The position numbers and the translations under genes are program-made. Positions 36,008-44,762 of a stretch of DNA of 64,000 nucleotides are shown piece by piece. Numbering within the stretch: the stretch's first letter is position 1; each line of letters starts with the position of its first letter. A model generated the notes under the pieces. The model made no database searches. It saw only the letters and a list, made by a program, of their open reading frames with translations, and was not told where the DNA came from. The DNA lies in the NCBI GenBank assembly GCA_942492905.1, contig OW818657.1, positions 4,096,022 through 4,160,021 on the forward strand. Direction: 5' to 3'. This DNA comes from an uncultured Verrucomicrobiota bacterium (GTDB taxonomy: Bacteria; Verrucomicrobiota; Verrucomicrobiia; Verrucomicrobiales; V1-33).

Positions 36008-39000
36008 AACGCTTGCCCCTCAAAACGAAATCGCGGGGTGCCGCGATCCTGATCGTGCTGGCATTGACCTCCCTGTTCACCGTACTGGTGGTCACGCTCC
36101 TGCAAACCGCCTCGGTGGAAAAGCAGATGGCGTATGGCAGCGCCGGACGGCAATCCGCCGAACGCCATGCCGATACCGCGCTGCAATTTGTCCTCGCCCA
36201 ACTCCGCACCGCCACCACCCTGGAGGCCTCCCCGGGCGTGCCCGCGCCATGGTCCAGCCAACCTGGCGGCATCACCGTGCATCAGATGGACGGGAGCGTG
36301 GGAGAAATCTACAAGCTTTACTCCGCCGCAACCGGCCGGGCGGCAGAGACGGCGGACCTGACAGACGACCTGCCGGTGGCATGGGACGCGGTGCCGGGTC
36401 AATACGTCGATTTGAATGCCCCGGCCATCACGGGCCGGGGCGATCAGGATTTTCCCATTGCCGATCCGAGGCTCGCCGGACCGGACGGCGCGGAAGGATT
36501 TGAATTCGACACCCCCAACGCGCCACGCGGCACCACCATGACAGTCCGCCCCGAGGAAAAGGGGCGCCGCCTTCCCATGCCGGTCCGCTGGATCTATCTA
36601 CTGCGCGACGGCACCCTTGGAGTCCTGGACGATACTGGCCGCTTCACCTCCGGACAGGGCCGCGCCACCACCGCCAATCCTATCACCGCGCGCATCGCAT
36701 GGTGGGCTGACGATGAATCCAGCAAAATCAATATCAATACCGCCGGGGAAGCCTCGCCCTGGGATACGCCCCGCCTGACCACGGAACAGGATGAAGCGCT
36801 GGCGAAATTCCAACCGATGCGCGGGGAGTATCACCGTTATCCCGGCCATCCTGCCGGGGTGAGCCTCAGCAGCGTGTTCTTCCCGGGCCACCGCTGGCTG
36901 CAGCCCGGGGATATCTTGCCACAGGGCGCTAAAGCCCTGAGTCCGCGCGCCGCAGAGGGCCTCTGGGCGCTCGCAGCCGGCACGGTGACCGACCCTGCCC
37001 TGACCTCTCTCGGCGGCACCCGGCAGCCGCCCGGACTGGAGCTGCCCATGGGCAACGGCGCGGAAAAACCCTGGCATCTTTATGCCTCCACCGGTGAACT
37101 GCGCTTCGCCTGGAACCGAGAGGAAAACAGACTCTTCCAGGATCACCCGGAAGCAGCCCGGAACCTCGACCGGGCGGATTTTCTCCTGACCACCGAAAGC
37201 CGGTCCCCCGAGACCACCCTGCAGGGCACTCCGCGGATCAGCCTCTGGCCGGTGCATGAGAGCGTGCAGCCCGGCCTTGGTTATTCCAGCCCGGTGCAGC
37301 GCGCTTCCGCCACCGACACCCTGCTGGCGTTGTGTTCCACCGCCGGGAACCGCCGGTATTATATGCAACGGGCCACTCCCGGAGACGGCTCGGCGGATTT
37401 CCAACGCACCGGCCTGGGAGCCAATGCCACCCTCTTCCAATGGATGACGCGCCTGCTGGAAAAGCCGGTGCCGGGTTTCCTGAAAGAAGGACTCCCTGCC
37501 AGCTTTGCTGACAAATACGGCACCGGCCCGGAAAGTGATAGCCAGAACATCGCCGCCCTGATGCTGGACTACATCCGCACCACCAATCTCGCCGATGGCG
37601 CCATCCCGGAGGAAAACCAATACTCAATCGTCTGCCCCGGCAACGAGACCGAAGGTTATGGCCAGATTTCCCCGCTCGATACCGCCCGCGGCACCACCGG
37701 AGCCGCCCGCTGGAAACCGGCTCAACTCCAAGCCGCCCGTGGCATGGGACGCATGCCCACCGTGCAGGGGGCGGTGCTGGTCCTGACCTGCCGTGCCATT
37801 TGTCAGGAGGATGGCACCATCATCGGCTCGCCCACCCCTGCCGGCTTGAAATCCCTGAAGAGACCGGGCAGCCGCGAAATGGAAGCGGCGATTCTTTTCG
37901 AAGGATTTGTCCCCGGCCAGGGCTGGGCGGAAAGCCGGCCCTACTGCACCCTCGTCGCGGGCGGCATCTCCCCCGGCAATCCCACCGATTTCAGCCTGCC
38001 CCTGCCCTCCATGCGGGTCAACGGGGCGGCTCTCACGCCTCAACCCATTGGCAATCTGACCCGTTTCAACGCCCTGATCACCAGCCGAGGCCGGGTGCCG
38101 GGAGGGTGGACAGCCTCCGGCGGAGCCACTGGCGCCCTCGCGGCCAATGCGGTGCTTTTTGCTCCTTTTGTGGTCACCCCCCAGGTGGATGATGGCGGGT
38201 TCCTGCAATTTGACGGCAGCAGCAGCGGCAGTGGCAGCCCGCCCGGATTCAAGGTCGGCCTCTTCGACGCCCCGGGCATTGAGGCCCGGAATGTGCCGGC
38301 CTCCCTGGGGGACCTGGTGCAGGTGGTGGAATTGAATTTCCCCAAACTCCCGACCCGGAATCTTCTCCTGCCGGAGTTGCCCCGGGATGGCACGCCTCCC
38401 ACCATGGAAGACCGGCTCATCAACGCGTTCGAAAAAGGAAAACCGCTCCTCTCAGCACAGGATATCGCGCAAAGCCTGGTGCTGGCCCACGGCGACAGCC
38501 GCCTCACCGCCGGACAACGCCTCGTGCCGTCCAGCAGCTTTACCGCCCACCCGGACTACGGCCGGGCTCCCCTCGCCCACCGGCTGAAAAATGAACCTGG
38601 CAGTACCGCCGGAGCCTCCAGCGCCGCGGGTTATTTCGAGGATATTCCACAGCCTGGAGCCGCCCGCCCTGACTTCCCGGTCAAGCCGTGGGACGACCGC
38701 ACCGATTTGGTGGTGGCTGGTCCCCAGGCCCGCCAATTCTCCCTGCAATCCATGGCCACCGTATTTTCCGCGGGCCGTCTTGATCAGGGCCGGCGCGGGC
38801 CCGCCAGTCCGGCCGAAACCGGCGATTTCGATACCGGCAGCGGGCGGGTCCCCGATGGCCCTTACGTCAACCGCGCCGACGATGGCGAGGTGCGTGGTTT
38901 TGCCGGAGGCGGCGTTCCCTATTTCGACGCTCCTCCCTCCGATCCCGGGAATGTCCCGCCTGTCAGCGCTGCCGCCTCCAGCCCTAACCGCCTCATGACC

Positions 39001-39831
39001 GGTCCCGGCATGTTCGGCAGTCTGCCCACCGGGGTGAAGGCCAACGTCCCCTGGCAGACCCTGCTCTTCCGCCCCTGGCTGGAACCAGTGACACCCCGGC
39101 GCCCGCCCCATTACGGCGCCTCCTGGCCCCAGGACCACCTGCTGCTCGACCTCTTCTGGATGCCGGTGGTGGAACCCTATGCCATCAGCACCCCGCTCGA
39201 AACCGCCGGCAAAATCAATCTCAACCACCAGCTCCTGCCCTTCCGCCACATCCACCGTGCCACCGCCCTGCACGCCCTCCTGAAAAGCGAGCGCATCATT
39301 GCCGTGGCCGACCGCGATGCCGGCAAGGTCAAGCTCGCCGGGGGCTTCAGCAATGCGGTCACCCGCCACCCCATCGATGCCACCGGCACCCTGAAGCTGT
39401 GGGAAGCCAGCCGCCTGGAAAATGCCCGGCCTTTCCTCTCTGCCAGCGAAGTCTGCACCCTGCCCCTCGTGCCCTCCGGCATCAATCCTGACAAAACCGT
39501 GCTTGCCTCCTGGTGGAACCAGCACCGCCTCACGGGGGACAATCTCAAGGAGCGCCCTTACACCAATCTGCACACCCGTCTCACCACCCGCAGCAACGCC
39601 TTCCGGGTCCATGTGATGTCGCAGTCGCTGCAGAAGGCCACTAGCACGGACCCGGCCCGGTGGGATGAAGCCCAGGACCAGACCGTGGCCACCTGGCGTG
39701 GCAGCGCCCTGATCTCGCGCCACGTCCGGGCGCAGGATCTGCCAGACTATGTGACTGCGGGGAACGCTCCCTCCGTAGACCACTTCTACTCATGGAGCAT
39801 CACCAGCCAGCGGAGCTTCGCGCCCCGCTGA
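36004..39831 (+). CDS. Verru_Chthon cassette protein A-like giant pseudopilin-like protein (1275 aa)
   Basis: ATGA overlap with the upstream stop (36004-36007). The N-terminus KSRGAAILIVLALTSLFTVLVVTLLQTASVEKQMA resembles the GspK/PilX-type minor-pseudopilin anchor. Size and N-terminus fit my memory of TIGR02600. Family assignment not confirmed by HMM. Confidence 0.7.
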   Translation: MKRLPLKTKSRGAAILIVLALTSLFTVLVVTLLQTASVEKQMAYGSAGRQSAERHADTALQFVLAQLRTATTLEASPGVPAPWSSQPGGITVHQMDGSVGEIYKLYSAATGRAAETADLTDDLPVAWDAVPGQYVDLNAPAITGRGDQDFPIADPRLAGPDGAEGFEFDTPNAPRGTTMTVRPEEKGRRLPMPVRWIYLLRDGTLGVLDDTGRFTSGQGRATTANPITARIAWWADDESSKININTAGEASPWDTPRLTTEQDEALAKFQPMRGEYHRYPGHPAGVSLSSVFFPGHRWLQPGDILPQGAKALSPRAAEGLWALAAGTVTDPALTSLGGTRQPPGLELPMGNGAEKPWHLYASTGELRFAWNREENRLFQDHPEAARNLDRADFLLTTESRSPETTLQGTPRISLWPVHESVQPGLGYSSPVQRASATDTLLALCSTAGNRRYYMQRATPGDGSADFQRTGLGANATLFQWMTRLLEKPVPGFLKEGLPASFADKYGTGPESDSQNIAALMLDYIRTTNLADGAIPEENQYSIVCPGNETEGYGQISPLDTARGTTGAARWKPAQLQAARGMGRMPTVQGAVLVLTCRAICQEDGTIIGSPTPAGLKSLKRPGSREMEAAILFEGFVPGQGWAESRPYCTLVAGGISPGNPTDFSLPLPSMRVNGAALTPQPIGNLTRFNALITSRGRVPGGWTASGGATGALAANAVLFAPFVVTPQVDDGGFLQFDGSSSGSGSPPGFKVGLFDAPGIEARNVPASLGDLVQVVELNFPKLPTRNLLLPELPRDGTPPTMEDRLINAFEKGKPLLSAQDIAQSLVLAHGDSRLTAGQRLVPSSSFTAHPDYGRAPLAHRLKNEPGSTAGASSAAGYFEDIPQPGAARPDFPVKPWDDRTDLVVAGPQARQFSLQSMATVFSAGRLDQGRRGPASPAETGDFDTGSGRVPDGPYVNRADDGEVRGFAGGGVPYFDAPPSDPGNVPPVSAAASSPNRLMTGPGMFGSLPTGVKANVPWQTLLFRPWLEPVTPRRPPHYGASWPQDHLLLDLFWMPVVEPYAISTPLETAGKINLNHQLLPFRHIHRATALHALLKSERIIAVADRDAGKVKLAGGFSNAVTRHPIDATGTLKLWEASRLENARPFLSASEVCTLPLVPSGINPDKTVLASWWNQHRLTGDNLKERPYTNLHTRLTTRSNAFRVHVMSQSLQKATSTDPARWDEAQDQTVATWRGSALISRHVRAQDLPDYVTAGNAPSVDHFYSWSITSQRSFAPR

Positions 39832-39868
39832 TTCCCCCTGACATCCGACGATTCCAATTCCACTCCCC

Positions 39869-40849
39869 ATGAAAACCACCCTGCTTACCCTCACCTGCAC
39901 CGCCTTCTCCCTGTTCCCGCTCCACGCCGGCGAGCCCTCTCCCCAGGACCGCCAGGCCATCCTCGCCATGGCCGGCGAATTCGCCGTCACCTTCCACTTC
40001 CAGGAAACTCTCAGCCTGCAAAAGGACTACACGGCGAAGACCGAAGTCTACGAGGAGGATGCCCATGAACTGGTGGTCGTCACCGAAGACTCCTCCCGCC
40101 GCATTGCCCTGCAGCACCTGCTGGTGGCAGGAGACATGGTGATCAAACACTGGTCGCAGATCTGGACCTTTGAAGACACCCGCCTCTGCGAATTCCAAGG
40201 CCACAACTCCTGGACCCTGCGCGATCTCAAACCGGAGGAAACCACCGGCACCTGGTCCCAGCAGGTCACCCAAGTGGATGATAGTCCGCGTTATGAAAGC
40301 TTCGGCCGCTGGGTGCACCGCGGCGAAATCAGTGAGTGGACCAGCGCCGATACCGCCCGTCCCCTGCCGCGCCGCGAGCATACCAAACGCAAAGATTATG
40401 ATATCCTCGGCGGCACCAACCGCCACACCATCACCCCGCACGGCTGGGAGCATGAGCAGGACAACACCAAGCTCCAGTTGCGCGACGGAAACCGGGTGCC
40501 CCTCGCCCGCGAGTCCGGCCTCAATACCTACCGCCGCGTGACCGATTTCAATTTCCAGCCCGCCCGCAACTTCTGGGCCGCCGAAGCTTCATTCTGGAAA
40601 CAGGTCACCGCCGCCTGGGAAGACGTGCAGCAGCGCCGCACGGAAATCACCATCAAGGACAAATTCGACGTCCCTGCCCTGCGCCGCGCCATTACCGCCA
40701 TCCAGGAACGCCAGCAGCGCGAACTGAAGGGCAAGGTTGAGGAAGTGATTACCGGCTTCCTCGACGGCAAACCCGCCCCAGCCCCCGGGAATGCCACGCC
40801 AGCAGCGCCCGGGGCCCCGGCACCTGCCTCTGCGGCGGTATCCAAGTAG
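39869..40849 (+). CDS. Secreted hypothetical protein (326 aa)
   Basis: MKTTLLTLTCTAFSLFPLHA signal peptide. Conserved-looking core (DRQAILAMAGEF...QHLLVAGDMVIKHWSQIW...VDDSPRYESFGRWVH...RPLPRRE...NRHTITPHGWEHEQDN). Pro/Ala-rich tail. Lies 38 nt after the previous stop. Family not assigned. Confidence 0.75.
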   Translation: MKTTLLTLTCTAFSLFPLHAGEPSPQDRQAILAMAGEFAVTFHFQETLSLQKDYTAKTEVYEEDAHELVVVTEDSSRRIALQHLLVAGDMVIKHWSQIWTFEDTRLCEFQGHNSWTLRDLKPEETTGTWSQQVTQVDDSPRYESFGRWVHRGEISEWTSADTARPLPRREHTKRKDYDILGGTNRHTITPHGWEHEQDNTKLQLRDGNRVPLARESGLNTYRRVTDFNFQPARNFWAAEASFWKQVTAAWEDVQQRRTEITIKDKFDVPALRRAITAIQERQQRELKGKVEEVITGFLDGKPAPAPGNATPAAPGAPAPASAAVSK

Positions 40850-40925
40850 CTTCCACCCCTATCCGGGAATGCGGATCCATGGGATTGACAAATCACGACA
40901 ACGGTGTCGTTATTTATACCCAAGT

Positions 40926-42242
40926 ATGATTCCGCATCGTCCTCATCCCCTGCCGCTGCTCATTCTGACCGGCCAGGCCCTCATGGCATGGCCCGTGGCC
41001 GCGCAGACCATTGCCTACGAGGAAGCCCCGCACCACTACTGGAGTGCCCCCTTGGCCGATCCGGGCACGACCCTCGATGCGGAGTTGCAGAGCGGGAAGT
41101 TCACCCTTCCCGCCGGCAGTGATCTGGAAGCCATGCGGGCGGTGCTGCGGCAGATGAAAATCCCTGAATCCAGCCAGACCCTGGTGTTTTCCAAAACCAG
41201 TGTGCAGAAGGACCGGATCACCCCATGGAATCCCCGAGCGCTCTATTTCAATGACGAATCCTACGCGGGCTGGGTGCCCGGCGGCATGATGGAGTTTGCG
41301 ACCATCGACCCGGTGCTGGGCCCCATCTTCCATCTGCTGGATTTCCACCGCTCGGACCGCACCGTCCCCCGGCTGGACCGTCCCCAGAATTGCCTCGACT
41401 GCCATGGCGGCAACATGACCAACCGCGTCCCCGGAGTCATGATCCGCTCGGTCTTCCCTGACAAAGAGGGCAGCGTGCTGTTTCAGGCGGGGACTTCCCT
41501 GATCGACCACACCAGTCCGGTCAATATCCGCTGGGGGGGATGGTTCGTCACGGGAGAGCATGGGAACGTGGTGCACCGGGGCAACGCCATCGCCCAGGAT
41601 CAGGAGGGCACCATTACCTTGGATACCCGCCAGGCCTCCAACCTGCAGAATCTCGAACGGTTTTTCCCGGTCAAAAACTACCCCCGCCCCACCAGCGATA
41701 TTGTCAGCCTGATGGTGCTCGAACATCAGGTCGCCCTGACCAGCCGCCTCGTCGAGGCCTCCTATGATGTGCGGGCCGCCATCATCCGCCAAAAGGCCCT
41801 CCGCGAGGAGTTGGGTGATCCGCCCACGGAAGCCTTGGTCGGCACCTCCAAAATCATTGCCGACAGCCACGCGGGCAAAATTCTCGATGCCCTCCTTTTC
41901 AAGGACGAAGCCGAACTGCCGGAGGGAGGCATCCGCGGCGATCTGGAATTCCAGCGCGATTTTGTCGCGGGACATCCCATCGCGGCCGATGGCAAGTCCC
42001 TCACGGAGTTTCATCTGGGGAACCGCCTGTTCCGCCTCCGTTGCAGCTATCTCATCTACAGCCGCTTGTGGACGGCCCTGCCCCGTCCGTTTCTGGACTT
42101 GCTATACGGCAGGCTCCACCTCATCCTGACGGCAGAACAGCCCCCGGCCGGCTACCAATATTTGAGCAAACCGGAACGTGCCGAGATTCTCCGCATCCTC
42201 AAGGACACCCATCCGGACCTGCCGGCTTCATGGAAGTCCTGA
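40926..42242 (+). CDS. Hypothetical secreted protein with a single CxxCH heme-binding motif (438 aa)
   Basis: Start at ATG 40926 (MIPHRPHPLPLLILTGQALMAWPVAAQ). RPQNCLDCHGGNMTNRVPG contains CxxCH. The antisense ORF 40914..42014 is treated as a shadow ORF. Confidence 0.7.
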   Translation: MIPHRPHPLPLLILTGQALMAWPVAAQTIAYEEAPHHYWSAPLADPGTTLDAELQSGKFTLPAGSDLEAMRAVLRQMKIPESSQTLVFSKTSVQKDRITPWNPRALYFNDESYAGWVPGGMMEFATIDPVLGPIFHLLDFHRSDRTVPRLDRPQNCLDCHGGNMTNRVPGVMIRSVFPDKEGSVLFQAGTSLIDHTSPVNIRWGGWFVTGEHGNVVHRGNAIAQDQEGTITLDTRQASNLQNLERFFPVKNYPRPTSDIVSLMVLEHQVALTSRLVEASYDVRAAIIRQKALREELGDPPTEALVGTSKIIADSHAGKILDALLFKDEAELPEGGIRGDLEFQRDFVAGHPIAADGKSLTEFHLGNRLFRLRCSYLIYSRLWTALPRPFLDLLYGRLHLILTAEQPPAGYQYLSKPERAEILRILKDTHPDLPASWKS

Positions 42243-42425
42243 GCGGCTGACCGGCCTCCCTGTCATACCTCCGGAAAGGGAGGGCGCCTGCCGGCTGTGG
42301 ACTTTCCTCACAAGAAACCCCTAACTCGTGAGAATCATTGATCACACCGGCAGGCGACTCCCAATATAACCGCTCCTTCATGGTGACAAGAGTTTTTTGC
42401 ACATTTTCCAATCCTTTTCCGCACT

Positions 42426-43457
<1,032 letters not shown>

Positions 43458-43478
43458 GTCAATCCCGTTCCGCTCAAG

Positions 43479-43898
43479 ATGAAATATCCCGATGGCTCAG
43501 CAATGAAGGAGGGAGACCTGATCTGGTGGAATGAGGGAGGGTGCGTTGGGCATGTTCAGAAAATCATCGAGGCACCGGAAGAATGGGTGGATTGGGGATG
43601 GAAAGGCCCAGCTGCCTACTTCGGAAACCTTCATCCATACGATCCCACCACCGTGGGGGTAGGCTATCCGCTCGAGTGCTTTGAAGATGAAGGTATTACG
43701 AAGCTTTCTGATTCCGGACGTTCAGCATTCGCCGACGCGTTGGAAGTGGCCCTTTCCTTCGCGCCCGCTGAAGCAAAAGGATGCCCTTACAGCGTCGGGA
43801 CACGCGGTGAAAACAACAGGATAGTGGAATGGATTTTTCAATTTTGGCTCCCTGACAGCGACCCGGCAGTTATTGCCGTCCCGGCAGACGTCTCGTAA
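43479..43898 (+). CDS. Hypothetical small Trp-rich protein (139 aa), compositionally atypical
   Basis: ATG lies 21 nt after the moxR stop. In the first 20 codons I count 11/20 G/C at third positions and 30/60 G/C overall, against 19/20 G/C third positions in 20 codons counted near the moxR 3' end. No family recognised. Confidence 0.6.
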   Translation: MKYPDGSAMKEGDLIWWNEGGCVGHVQKIIEAPEEWVDWGWKGPAAYFGNLHPYDPTTVGVGYPLECFEDEGITKLSDSGRSAFADALEVALSFAPAEAKGCPYSVGTRGENNRIVEWIFQFWLPDSDPAVIAVPADVS

Positions 43899-43942
43899 CC
43901 TCCGCCCTGGACGTCCCCGTCCGTTTTGCGTAGGTCCCGCCC

Positions 43943-44680
43943 ATGAGGAAAAAGGCCAAGGCGAAAACAAAAGCAAAAGCACCGCGCAGTTCAAAATTCT
44001 GGCCAGGACTGTTATTGGGCGGAGTCATCGCTGCGTCGGCCGTCCACTTCGTTCCTTCGTGGCTCAAGGACCGGAAGCAAACCTCCGGGCAGGAATCGAA
44101 AGGGACATCCGCCACCCCTTCCAAAGCCAAAAGTGCCGGCAGTGTCAGGGACAGTGCGGCGGCCCCCGCCAAAGCTCCAACACAACCTCAGACGCCCCCG
44201 GTTCCCAAAGCCGCCGGGGGACTTCCTTATTTCCGCGACCCCGCCCTCGCCGCCAACCTGCTGACACGGCTGGGCATGGGCGAATCCTATCCCGGCAGCC
44301 TGTTGTGGAAAAAAGCGGACGCCCTCGGTTGGAATGCGTTCGGAGTGCTCGCCACGTCCGGATCCCAGGTATCGACCACGGGGACGGCCGGGAATACCGT
44401 CACCTGCCTGCTGGAATCCACCCGGGAGGATCGGGTGGAAGCCCTCCGGCTGATCGCCAATGTCTTCGATCCCAAAGGAAACCAGGCCACCATGGCCCGC
44501 TTCAAATCCCTGGCCCGGGCCGTGCTGAATGAAACCCGCTGCCCCGTCACCCGCCAGTTCCTCGACGCCATCGACGGCAACTTGAGCCTGCAGACGGAAT
44601 CCCCCGAAGCCCGCTTCACCCTCGCCCAAACGCCCCTCGCTCCCGGCACCAGCTGGGAGTTGACCGTGAAATCCCGGTAG
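43943..44680 (+). CDS. Hypothetical membrane-anchored protein (245 aa)
   Basis: Lys-rich N-terminus (MRKKAKAKTKAKA), one TM helix (FWPGLLLGGVIAASAVHFV), a low-complexity linker and a ~140-aa globular C-terminus. No family recognised. Confidence 0.6.
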   Translation: MRKKAKAKTKAKAPRSSKFWPGLLLGGVIAASAVHFVPSWLKDRKQTSGQESKGTSATPSKAKSAGSVRDSAAAPAKAPTQPQTPPVPKAAGGLPYFRDPALAANLLTRLGMGESYPGSLLWKKADALGWNAFGVLATSGSQVSTTGTAGNTVTCLLESTREDRVEALRLIANVFDPKGNQATMARFKSLARAVLNETRCPVTRQFLDAIDGNLSLQTESPEARFTLAQTPLAPGTSWELTVKSR

Positions 44681-44762
44681 CCTTCCCCTGGACCGCACCC
44701 CCGGTCCGCCGCGGAACTTTGTGCCTTGTTTTGGAAAAATTGGGTGGCATTGCTCTGCCCTC

